Assembly (NCBI GenBank): GCA_965220375.1
Contig: OZ244824.1
Coordinates: 98,311-162,310, forward strand
Reading direction: 5' to 3'
From: Dehalococcoidia bacterium
GTDB taxonomy: Bacteria; Chloroflexota; Dehalococcoidia; Lucifugimonadales; JAGWBF01
DNA: 64,000 nucleotides
Shown here in pieces: positions 1 to 8,600 of the stretch. Below the pieces are notes generated by a model. The model saw only the letters and a program-made list of their open reading frames with translations. It was not told the DNA's origin and made no database searches. The translations under genes and the position numbers were made by a program. The stretch's first letter is position 1. Each line of letters starts with the position of its first letter.

Positions 1-26
1 TGATGCAATACCCCTAGGGATTCGGC

Positions 27-78
27 GACTTTTGCATCAGCTTTCGGACTTTTGCATCAAGTGAGGGGTTATGCATCA
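27..78. repeat. Direct 13-nt repeats GACTTTTGCATCA (27-39, 47-59) plus further TGCATCA copies (72-78; inverted copy at 1-7)
   Basis: Read directly, with 20-nt phasing. It lies distal to an IstB-like 3' remnant, a layout reminiscent of multi-repeat IS21-family ends (inference). Confidence 0.5.
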
Positions 79-85
79 AAGCCAG

Positions 86-120
86 GGCCCACCAGACTTG
101 ATAAAATCAAGAACCTTCAC
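86..120 (-). repeat. R1 hairpin-core repeat, copy c1 (reverse complement of GTGAAGGTTCTTGATTTTATCAAGTCTGGTGGGCC)
   Basis: 35-nt core shared with 12473, 16405, 21151, 24064, 27402 and 32980. It contains the CTTGA-N5-TCAAG hairpin/palindrome. Confidence 0.85.
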
Positions 121-210
121 GTTGCGGTTCTTTCTGGAACTGTAATCAAGTCCTAAACTTGGCTGGAGCGACCAGGGACTGACGTAATAGGATCAGGCAA
201 GCTCCCTCGG

Positions 211-366
211 TCACGGACCGGGTAGATCAGAGTTCCTTGCAGTTGTGGCAGTGCCTCCGATTTGCATGCGACCCTCCCCACGGATCCTCAGCACGTGTCT
301 ATGGGGCAGCAGTCGGTCCGTGATGGTCGCAACTATGACGGTTTCGCCGAGGAGTTTGTCCCATGC
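211..366 (-). pseudogene. IS21-family IstB-like ATPase, C-terminal remnant
   Basis: Translation WDKLLGETVIVATITDRLLPHRHVLRIRGEG matches the conserved IstB C-terminus (..AILDRLLHH..vl.i.GeSyR). No upstream Walker motifs are present. Confidence 0.55.
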
Positions 367-529
367 GGTATTGACTGGCTGAGGCGGTTGCTTCTCCGGC
401 GTCGACTCTGGAGCAGCGTTTGGCTGCTGCCAGAACTCTGGCCCCAATCCCAGCCCTGCTTGGAGGTCACACATCAGCCCCCTTCCTGACTACTTGTTAC
501 ATACCCTTCTCAGGGGCTACACGGGGATT

Positions 530-1996
530 TCAGCAGAATGGCAGACCACCCAAGTCGGTATAGGCCCTTTCCAACTGACCTTGCAGGCTGCTCGGCACAC
601 ACCCGCTCAACTGGTTATCGCTTAGGTCCAGCACTGTCAGGTTGGCGAGTTTGCCCAGCTCCGGCGATATTTCCCCGCTCAACTGGTTCTCACCGAGAAT
701 CAGTTGTTCCAAATTGGACAGGTTCCCCAGCTCTACCGATATCTCGCCACTCAATCGATTTTGGGACAGGACCAGCCATTCTAGGTTGGCAAGGTTCCCC
801 AGCTCCGCCGGTATCTCCCCCCTCAACCGGTTCTCGGGCAGGTCCAGCACTATCAGGCTAGAGAGCTTGCCCAGCTCTGCTGGTATCGATCCGCTTAACT
901 GGTTCCCGGTGAGGGATAGATATTCCAAGTTGACGAGGTTGCCCAACTCCACTGGTATCTCCTCGCTCAGCTGGTTCTGTCCGAGGTCCAACCATGTCAG
1001 GCTCGCGGGGTTGCTCAGCTCAGGCGGTATCGTCCCGCTCAACTGGTTCCCAGTAAGGGACAGCGATCTCAAGCTGGCGAGGTCGCCCAACTCCGGCGGT
1101 ATCTCCCCGCTCAATTGGTTCCCAATGAGGGATAGATATTCCAAGTTGACGAGGTTGCCCAACTCGACCGGAATCCCCCTGCTCAGCTGGTTCTGGCCGA
1201 GGTCCAGCCATGTCAGGCTGGCGAGGTTCCCCAGTTCCGGCGGTATTTCCCCGCTCAACCGGTTCGCGCTGAAGTCCAGCGATTTCAAGTTGGCGAGGTT
1301 GCCCAACTCCGGCGGTATCTCCCCCCTCAATTGGTTCTCGTTAAGGTACAGCGCTGTCAGGCTGACGAGGTTGCCCAACTCCGGCGGTATTTCTCCGCTC
1401 AACTGGTTCTCATAGAGGTCCAGCCGTTTTAAGTTGGCAAGTTTGCCCAACTCCGGCGGTATCGCCCCAGTCAACTGGTTCTCGAGGAGGTCCAGCTGTT
1501 CCAAGTTGGCAAGGTTGCCCAACTCCGGCAGTATCACCCCGCTCAATTGGTTTTCGCGGAGGTCCAGCGATACCAAGTTGGCGAGGTTGCCCAACTCCGG
1601 CGGTATCGCCCCGCTCAACTGGTTCTCGTCGAGGTCCAGCCATTCCAAGTTGACGAGTTGGCCCAACTCTGACGGTAACCCCCCACTCAGTTGATTGTCG
1701 AGGAGCGACAATCCATTAATGCACCGGTCGTTACTGGCGTACACGCCAAACCAATTGTCCACAGGGGAGTCGCTCAGCCAATTGTCTTTCCCCCGCCAAT
1801 TGTCACCATTTGTGGCGTTGTACAAAGCCACGAGTGCGTCCCGTTGCCCGGCACAGGCCGCGCTGACGCCGACAGCAACTGTTGTCGCAGGCGCGGCAGG
1901 CTCGCGACTACCAGTGCAAGCAACCACCATGACCACAATGGCCAGACAGGTAACGACACCCAAGCGATATATGCGCGGTATCATTACATCCATCAA
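530..1996 (-). CDS. LRR lipoprotein (plant-type 24-aa LRRs, about 17 repeats)
   Basis: Lipobox-like signal (..VVMVVACTGS). N-cap DALVALYNATNGDNWRGKDNWLSDSPVDNWFGV. Repeats are L..L..L.L..NQLSG.IPPELGNL. C-cap GCVPSSL...GGLPFC. Confidence 0.9.
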   Translation of the reverse strand: MMDVMIPRIYRLGVVTCLAIVVMVVACTGSREPAAPATTVAVGVSAACAGQRDALVALYNATNGDNWRGKDNWLSDSPVDNWFGVYASNDRCINGLSLLDNQLSGGLPSELGQLVNLEWLDLDENQLSGAIPPELGNLANLVSLDLRENQLSGVILPELGNLANLEQLDLLENQLTGAIPPELGKLANLKRLDLYENQLSGEIPPELGNLVSLTALYLNENQLRGEIPPELGNLANLKSLDFSANRLSGEIPPELGNLASLTWLDLGQNQLSRGIPVELGNLVNLEYLSLIGNQLSGEIPPELGDLASLRSLSLTGNQLSGTIPPELSNPASLTWLDLGQNQLSEEIPVELGNLVNLEYLSLTGNQLSGSIPAELGKLSSLIVLDLPENRLRGEIPAELGNLANLEWLVLSQNRLSGEISVELGNLSNLEQLILGENQLSGEISPELGKLANLTVLDLSDNQLSGCVPSSLQGQLERAYTDLGGLPFC

Positions 1997-2211
1997 AAGC
2001 CCCTGCCCATTTCGAGTATTTCATTCACCGTGGGACCAATCGAATTCTAGCCTCTCCGAGTGTAGGCCGCCAGCCGGGACTGTTGCCGAAGGCTGTGCGT
2101 GTAGGCCGTCAGCGATAATGGGACACCGGAAGGGGTAGAAAAACCCGAGAGATTTGAGGTGGGGTCAGCTCCCTGGATGAAGTAGAGTAACTTCAGATAG
2201 AGGAGCCAAAG

Positions 2212-2619
2212 ATGTCCCAGATAGAAACAGGTAAAACAGCCGCCGCCGATGAACGCACAGAGGCAGCCAGGTCCTTCGTCAGAACGGTTAAGGCTGCTAC
2301 TAGGCGCAAGTACACCCCGGAAGAGAAGATTCGTATCGTGCTGGAGGGCTTCCGCCGCGAGGTCACCGTGAGCGACCTGTGCCGACGGGAGGGAATCAAG
2401 CCTCACTCTTACTACTCCTGGACCAAGGAGTTCATGGAGGCAGTCAAGGAGAGGCTTACCCGCGACAGCGTGCGAGACGCCTCCAGGGAGGAGGTCCATC
2501 AGCTCAAGCGGGAGAACGGAGAGCTAAAGCAGCTGGTCGCCGATCTGTCCCTTGAGGTCTATCGTCTCAAAAAAACGTCCATACCAATGCCTCAGGGCGC
2601 CGGCAGTATCACCGGATGA
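2212..2619 (+). CDS. IS-A transposase OrfA (HTH, IS3/IS911-like)
   Basis: RKYTPEEKIRIVLEG....VSDLCRREGI..HSYYSWTKEF followed by a coiled-coil (LKRENGELKQLVADLSLEV). A GGAG-like RBS lies upstream. Confidence 0.85.
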   Translation: MSQIETGKTAAADERTEAARSFVRTVKAATRRKYTPEEKIRIVLEGFRREVTVSDLCRREGIKPHSYYSWTKEFMEAVKERLTRDSVRDASREEVHQLKRENGELKQLVADLSLEVYRLKKTSIPMPQGAGSITG

Positions 2620-3602
2620 GTGGCGCAGAGAAGGCAGAGGTGCTGACCAAGATGGCTTCCTCTTCTCTGCCAAAACGTCAGGCCCTCAGTGAGCTGGGAG
2701 TCCCCAAGAGCACCTACTACCGGTGGCTGAGACGGAAGGAGCAGCAGGGACTTGAGGACGACGTGGGAGGCGGCAATCCCCCATGGAACAAGCTGGCTTC
2801 CAAGGAAGTAGACTCCGTTCTGTCGGCAGCCAGGGAGATGTCGGAACTGAGCCCTCGGCAGTTGGCCGCATGGGCCACCGACCACATGGGCTTCTCCGTA
2901 TCAGAGTCTACGGTCTACCGCATCCTGCGCAGAGAGGGTCTGGTGAAGAGGCCCGAGACACGGTTGGCTGCGGGTAAGGAGTACCACCGCAAGACGACGG
3001 GTCCCCACCAGATGTGGGCCACCGATGCCTCCTACTTCAGGGTGGTGGGTTGGGGCTACTACTACATGGTCACCGTCATGGACGACTACTCACGCTTCAT
3101 TCTGGACCACAGGCTTCAAAGAGACATGACCTCCGACTCCTTCATAGAGGTGGTCCAGGAGGCCGTGGACAGGACAGGCATGGACCGGACCCCGATAACA
3201 GACCGGACCAGGCTGCTGAGCGACAATGGCCCCGGCTATATATCCAGGGCCTTCAGGGACTACCTGGGCATGGTGGGCATCAAGCACATCCTGGCAACGC
3301 CCTTCCATCCTCAGACCAACGGCAAGCTGGAGCGCTACCACCAGACCCTCAAGCGTGACGTGAACCAACTGCCGTATGAGATGCCGTCCGACTTGGAGGC
3401 AGCCATCGTGGCCTTCGTCAGCTATTACAACTACCGGCGCTATCACAAGGCCCTGGGCAACGTGACGCCATCAGACGTCCTCAGGGGAAGACGCCAGGAG
3501 ATCCTACGACGCAGAAAGGAGGTGCAGGCCCAGACCATCGAACGGCGCAGACGGCACAACAGGGCCCAAAGGGAGCTTACGAGACCTCCGTCCAACCCCT
3601 GA
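2616..3602 (+). CDS. IS-A transposase OrfB (HTH + rve DDE integrase core)
   Basis: KSTYYRWLRR HTH. WATDASYF..VMDDYSRF..SDNGPGY..HPQTNGKLERYH..YYNYRRYHKALGNVTP is typical of the rve core. Confidence 0.9.
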   Translation: MSGAEKAEVLTKMASSSLPKRQALSELGVPKSTYYRWLRRKEQQGLEDDVGGGNPPWNKLASKEVDSVLSAAREMSELSPRQLAAWATDHMGFSVSESTVYRILRREGLVKRPETRLAAGKEYHRKTTGPHQMWATDASYFRVVGWGYYYMVTVMDDYSRFILDHRLQRDMTSDSFIEVVQEAVDRTGMDRTPITDRTRLLSDNGPGYISRAFRDYLGMVGIKHILATPFHPQTNGKLERYHQTLKRDVNQLPYEMPSDLEAAIVAFVSYYNYRRYHKALGNVTPSDVLRGRRQEILRRRKEVQAQTIERRRRHNRAQRELTRPPSNP

Positions 3603-3644
3603 TCTCTCGGGTCCCGCAGTGTCCCACTTTTGCTGGTTGCCAAC

Positions 3645-3813
3645 AGTCGGGAGCCCGGGTATGGCCCTGGTTCTTGGTCGTACTCCACACTCTATAACTC
3701 CAGAGTGTAGGGGACGGGGTAACAGTTTAGCTCCCGGGCTCTGGGGCGCTGAATGCCCTATAGGGGCAGCCACATCTCGAAGATAGTTCTGTTTATCGTC
3801 AAAATAGGCCCAC
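3645..3813 (+). repeat. C repeat, copy 1 (outer arm of the R1 module); perfect inverted copy at 27429-27597
   Basis: Manual reverse-complement comparison shows the two copies identical over about 169 nt. Internal stems include GAGCCCGGG/CCCGGGCTC, CACTCT/AGAGTG and the palindrome CCCTATAGGG. Confidence 0.85.
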
Positions 3814-3853
3814 CACAGTTTACGGTAGATACCACCATCTTCGAGATGTGGCT
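3768..3853. repeat. Palindromic element: 17-bp arms AGCCACATCTCGAAGAT / ATCTTCGAGATGTGGCT around a 52-nt loop
   Basis: Read directly. The left arm is part of the C/R1 tail. The same arm sequence recurs at 27460-27476 and, diverged, at 42149 and 61298. Confidence 0.75.
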
Positions 3854-4005
3854 GGGTAGCCTGTCAAAGCAAAAAAGACTAGCGATTCTTGTATTGTGAC
3901 GGTTGAGGATACCAAACGGCCAAGTGGAGACCCTTCATTTCGCGGACTCAATCGATGCGGAAAGCTCAAGTACTCCTGGGCGGTCGACTTGTGAGGTGGA
4001 CCCGG

Positions 4006-4947
4006 TTAGTTGGACAGAATCAGGGCAGAGCTAAGTGAGAATCCCGGCACTCCTGCCAGTAGTGCTCCTCCAGTACCGGGTGAACACCTCCTTCCGCTAG
4101 ACTCATCTTCTTTAACTCCCTGCCCCCCATGGAACACCTCGGCCGGGGTCCGGTAGCCCAGGGTCTGATGGGGCCTCAGGTCGTTGTAGAACCGGAAGTA
4201 GTCTTCCAACCCCCTCTGGGCCTCGAGGACGCTGGCGTAGGCCTTCAGGTACACCTCTTCGTACTTCACCGTCCGCCACAGCCGCTCCACGAAGATATTG
4301 TCGGAGTACCGACCCTTCCCGTCCATGCTGATCCTCACACCTCGGTCCACCAGGACTTGGGTGAACTCCCAACTCGTGAACTGGCTCCCCTGGTCGGTGT
4401 TAAACACCTCGGACTTGCCCTTGCCCAGAGCCTCCTCCAGAGCCCCGGCGCAAAAGCCGGCGTCGAGAGTGTTGGACAATCGCCATGCCACCACGTACCG
4501 GCTGTACCAGTCCATTACTGCCACCAGGTAGAGGAACCCTCGGGCCATGGGCAGGTAGGTGATATCCGCCGCCCACACCTGGTTGGGCTGGGTGACCCTG
4601 ACATTCCTCAACAGGTAGGGATAGACCCGATGCTCCGGTGCCCTTCGGCTGGTGCTGGGCCGCCGGTAGATGGCCCGCAGCCCCATAGCTCGCATCAGTC
4701 GCTGTACTCGCTTCCGGCTCACCTGTATCCCATGCCTCCCCAGCCAGGCCCTCATCCGTCTCGACCCGTAGAAAGGAGTCTCCAGGTACTGCCGGTCGAT
4801 CTCGCCCATCAGGGACAGGTCCTCTTCCGAGGCTGCCTTGGGACGGTAGTAATAGCTGGAACGGCTGACGCCCAGCAGGGTGCACTGCCGCGCTATCGAC
4901 AGCTTCGGATGTTCCCGGTCTACCATCCCCCGCCGCCCCGGACTCAT
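4006..4947 (-). CDS. IS-B transposase OrfB (rve DDE core)
   Basis: NQVWAADITYLP...LVAVMDWYSRYVVAW...NTDQGSQFTS...ERLWRTVKYEEVY...FYNDLRPHQTLGYRTPAEVF. Confidence 0.9.
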   Translation of the reverse strand: MSPGRRGMVDREHPKLSIARQCTLLGVSRSSYYYRPKAASEEDLSLMGEIDRQYLETPFYGSRRMRAWLGRHGIQVSRKRVQRLMRAMGLRAIYRRPSTSRRAPEHRVYPYLLRNVRVTQPNQVWAADITYLPMARGFLYLVAVMDWYSRYVVAWRLSNTLDAGFCAGALEEALGKGKSEVFNTDQGSQFTSWEFTQVLVDRGVRISMDGKGRYSDNIFVERLWRTVKYEEVYLKAYASVLEAQRGLEDYFRFYNDLRPHQTLGYRTPAEVFHGGQGVKEDESSGRRCSPGTGGALLAGVPGFSLSSALILSN

Positions 4948-5228
4948 GGACCGGACCTCTCCGCCAAGAAATCCCGCTCCACCTTCAGCTGGCCGATCTC
5001 CTGGTATAACCGTGCCACCAGGGCGGCGTCATTCTTGTCCTTCTTCCCCTGGCTGTTGCCGAAGACGCCAGAGGCCCCTTCTATGAGGGCCTTCTTCCAA
5101 GTCTGAATCTGGCCCGGGTGCACTTCGTATCGGGCGGCCAACTGGGCTATAGTCTCCTGACCCTTCACTGCCTCCAAAGCCACTTTGGCCCTGAAGGCCG
5201 GGCTGTGCTTCCTTCTCCCTCTCGACAT
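4944..5228 (-). CDS. IS-B transposase OrfA (HTH_Tnp_1-like)
   Basis: RRKHSPAFRAKVALEAVKGQETIAQLAARYEVHPGQIQTWKK plus a leucine-zipper-like tail; overlaps orfB at ATGA. Confidence 0.85.
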   Translation of the reverse strand: MSRGRRKHSPAFRAKVALEAVKGQETIAQLAARYEVHPGQIQTWKKALIEGASGVFGNSQGKKDKNDAALVARLYQEIGQLKVERDFLAERSGP

Positions 5229-5318
5229 TTCCCACTCCTTCCCGACAGCAACCGCTGCCCTTAGTTTAGGAGCAGGACTCTCACTTGCCTACCTGTCCAG
5301 TCTTCCGGGTCCACCTCA

Positions 5319-5375
5319 TCAGCCTGCCTGAGGGCAAAGGCGATCTGCTCAGCTGTGTACCGGGAACTCTTCATG
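5319..5375 (-). pseudogene. 5' stub of a different IS3-type orfA, truncated by IS-B insertion
   Basis: An AAGGAGG RBS (reverse complement of 5383-5389) precedes ATG at 5375. The stub translates MKSSRYTAEQIAFALRQA, resembling the IS-C OrfA start MTRKRYTEEQIIGVLNEA. The reading frame stops at the IS-B terminus. Confidence 0.5.
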
Positions 5376-5643
5376 GAATGACCCTCCTTAATGTGTGTGA
5401 TCATCCCACAAAACTAACACTCCAGGTGGACCAGAATCCGGGGTACGTACCAAGTGCTTGTCGGACTGACATAACGAGTGGTATAAAGACTGGGGGCAGG
5501 TCAATAGATCTGAGTCATTCGCACTCATCACATGGCCAACGGACGCCCATCACTGTCTGACTCCGTTTGGTGGCACCTGTGTCGACGGGCACGGCGTGAT
5601 TAAGGTGGTGGGTAGTCCCCTTTCGGATTGGCTATGACACTGG

Positions 5644-8600
5644 TTGCGATCGCCCACGGTTGGTAAGCGAGAGAGGCTAACGTTGGCGCGGCCTATCGGC
5701 ACAAGCTCAGTAAACTTCAAATCCTCGCTTTGGGCGGGTTCGATTGCTCTAGCCCTTCTTATCATCACAATAGCCGCTCAGCCCACGGACGCACAGGCGG
5801 GTTCGCCTTCTGTTGACCGGGATGCCCTAGTTGCGCTTTATGAGGCCACCGACGGGCCGAATTGGAAGAACAACAGCAACTGGATAAGCGACGAGCCCCT
5901 GGGCGCTTGGCATGGCGTTTGGACTGATGTCACAGGGCAAGTAACAGACCTAGACCTCCAGGACAATCAGCTGACCGGAGAGATACCGGCGGAGCTGGGC
6001 AACCTTACGAACCTGAGACGACTAGACCTCTGGGGCAACCAGTTAACTGGGGAGATACCAGCGGAGCTGGGTGGCCTTGTCAATCTGGGAAGGCTGGTCC
6101 TGGGTGGTAACCAGTTAACTGGGGAGATACCAGCGGAACTTGGTGACCTCGCCAATCTTAGACAGGCGTGGCTAAGGTCTAACAGATTCACCGGGAAGAT
6201 ACCGACTGAATTAGGCAAACTCGCCAATTTGCAAGCCCTGTTACTGTCGGACAACCAGTTGACCGGGGAGATACCAGCGGACCTGGGTCGCCTCAATAGC
6301 CTGAGTTTACTGTCTCTACGGGACAACCAGTTGACCGGGGAGATACCGGCGGATTTTCTCAACCTTACAAACCTGCGATGGCTAGACCTGAGAGATAACC
6401 GGTTGAACGGGGAAATACCAACCGAACTAGGCGGCCTAGTCAATCTAGAATCGCTGTACCTGGATGGTAACCAGTTGACTGGAGAAATACCGGCAGCGTT
6501 GGGCGACCTCTCAAATTTGCAAGAGTTAGCGCTATCTGACAATCAATTAAGTGGCGACATACCGGTGGAACTGACCAAGCTTAACAATCTGAGAAAATTA
6601 TTCATAAAGGGAAACGCGTTGACCGGGTGCATACCGCGAGAGTTGCGGGATGGGGTATGGGTATGGGTTGACGCTGGCCTACCGTTCTGCGACTTGTTGC
6701 TAAACGACCTAATTTTCAGCCCGGGGTCGTTGACTCCATCCTTCGACCCCCATCGCGCACACTACACAGCAGTGGTAGCTCCACTCTTTACCGTGCTGAC
6801 TAGCAGCTACCAGGACACGACTGTCCATTTCCTCGACGAAGACAGCGTTGAAATGGCGGACGCCGATCTCACTACACCGGGGTTCCAAATCGACTTCCTC
6901 GACGAAGACAGCGTTGAAATGGCGGACGCCGATCTCACTATACCGGGGTTCCAAATCGGCATCGGGCCTGTAAGCTCGACCATTAGGATCAAAGTAGTCA
7001 CCGAAGACGGCGCTGCAACGCATACATACACCGTTGAAGTAATCCTCATACCCGGGGCTCCAACCATACACACAGTCAAGGAGGGTGGCGGGTATTTGTC
7101 CGTCTCGTGGACCGCCCCCGAAGAGGCCGCCGGGGTTCAGATTGCCTCCTACGACTTGCGGTATATCATGACCACTGCCGATGAGACTGTGGATTCCAAC
7201 TGGACTGTGTCGAGGAATGTTCGGAGCGCTATGACGGACACCGACCTCCAGTATCCCATCACCGGCCTGAGCGCCGGTGCGCAGTACGAGATACAAGTGA
7301 AGGCGGTCGACCATGGCGGCCTCTCTGGCCTCTGGTCGGCAGCTGCCACGGGAGTGCCGTCGACTCCAAGCGTCTGCGTAACAGGCGGCTCGGTGACGGA
7401 CGTGACCAACTCTGGCATTATATCCGACTGTGAGACCCTTCTCGCTGCGCGCGACATACTAGCTGGGGACGTGGCGCTCAATTGGTCACCGAACACGCCC
7501 ATGAAGGACTGGGACAGCGTCGCTATCGGGGGAACACCGTTGCGCGTGGCTAGCCTGTCAGCCAACAACAAGGGGCTAAACGGCACCATTCCGGCAGAAC
7601 TAGGCGATCTAGCCGGGTTACAGCAGTTAAACCTTGCGCAAAATCGATTGGCCGGTTCGATTCCGGCAGAACTTGGGGAGCTCGTCAATCTACGCATGTT
7701 GGACTTCAGCGCCAACCGTCTGACCGGAAGAATTCCCTCTCAGATAGGAAGATTGCGCGACCTGCGGAGTCTGTTGCTACAAGGCAATGAGTTTACGGGA
7801 GTGGTACCGCCTGAGCTGGGAGGACTTCACAACCTTGTTGAAGTTGACTTATCCGACAACGATTTACTTGGTTGCCCGCCACAAGTATGGGGCGTGCGCA
7901 TCAGTCAGATTGCCGTGCCTGCCTGTTTTGCTGCGGAGGGTATGGGCTTTACCGTGGAGACTTCGTATCTGCAGAACGCCGACTTACTCAGGATCACAGC
8001 CGTTGGAGATGCTGTCAACGGAATGGTGACTCTAGACGGCTCCACGATCAACTACGTACATGACGGCTCTGAGACGACCGCAGGTAGCTTCACCTACACC
8101 GTCTCCGACGGCACTCACTCCGCCACGGTCCAGGTTAACATCATCGTCAGCCCGGTGAACGATCCCCCCGTCGCAGTCGAGGATGCGCTTGCGGTTCTAG
8201 AGGGCGCCACGGTGGCGGTCCAGACCCACGAGCTTCTGGCCAACGACTTTGACGCGGAGGCTGATGCGCTCAGTGTCACAACAGTCGCAGGTGCGAGCAA
8301 CGGTTACGGCACGCTAGATGGCACCACGATTATCTATGCCCACGACGGCTCTGAGACGACTGTTGGCAGCTTCATCTACACCGTCTCCGACGGTACCGAT
8401 TCCGCCACGGGTCTAGTTAACATCATCGTCAGCCCGGTGAACGACCCGCCAGTGGCAGGCGCAGACAAGGCTGCCGTGAGCGAGGGAGGTGCGCTCTTGC
8501 TGGATGCATCAGAACTGCTGGCCAACGATTCTGACTTTGACAGCGAGACACTCTCGGTGGTCCAGGTCAGCAACCCTGTTAACGGCATTGTTCGCCTGGA

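Larger units (their letters stand above)
2080..3645 (+). mobile_element. IS-A copy 1: intact two-ORF rve-type IS (IS3/IS481-like), about 1.57 kb
   Basis: orfA/orfB overlap at ATGA with orfB in the -1 frame. Imperfect terminal IRs (left CTGTTGCC..AATGGGACAC..ACCCGAGAGAT, right ATCTCTCGGGT..GTGTCCCACTT..GGTTGCCAAC). The flanks AGCCGGGA (2072-2079) and AGTCGGGA (3646-3653) look like an 8-bp target duplication. Confidence 0.8.
3992..5318 (-). mobile_element. IS-B copy 1: intact IS3-family element, 1327 bp
   Basis: Perfect 14-bp terminal IRs TGAGGTGGACCCGG (3992-4005) and CCGGGTCCACCTCA (5305-5318), i.e. TG..CA ends. orfA and orfB overlap with orfB in the -1 frame. Confidence 0.9.

Noticed and set aside
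642-1415. Long plus-strand ORFs overlapping the LRR genes. Examples are 642-1415 and 1434-1694 here, plus 14280-14885, 14955-15980, 22574-23482, 25077-25526, 26237-26914, 31025-32503 and 37748-38362.
   Set aside because: They are antisense or alternate-frame shadows of the periodic LRR coding sequence. They have low-complexity repetitive translations (..SGGISPLNWF..), no start context and no independent motif. The opposite strand encodes complete, recognisable LRR proteins.
4129-5106. 325-aa ORF antisense to IS-B, and similar long antisense or alternate-frame ORFs: 20338-20805, 34671-35222, 36199-37323, 44223-44867, 48881-49693, 56309-57478, 57727-58356, 61744-63153 and 63089-63733.
   Set aside because: In every case the other strand or frame carries a protein with clear family motifs. 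High GC content keeps spurious frames open.
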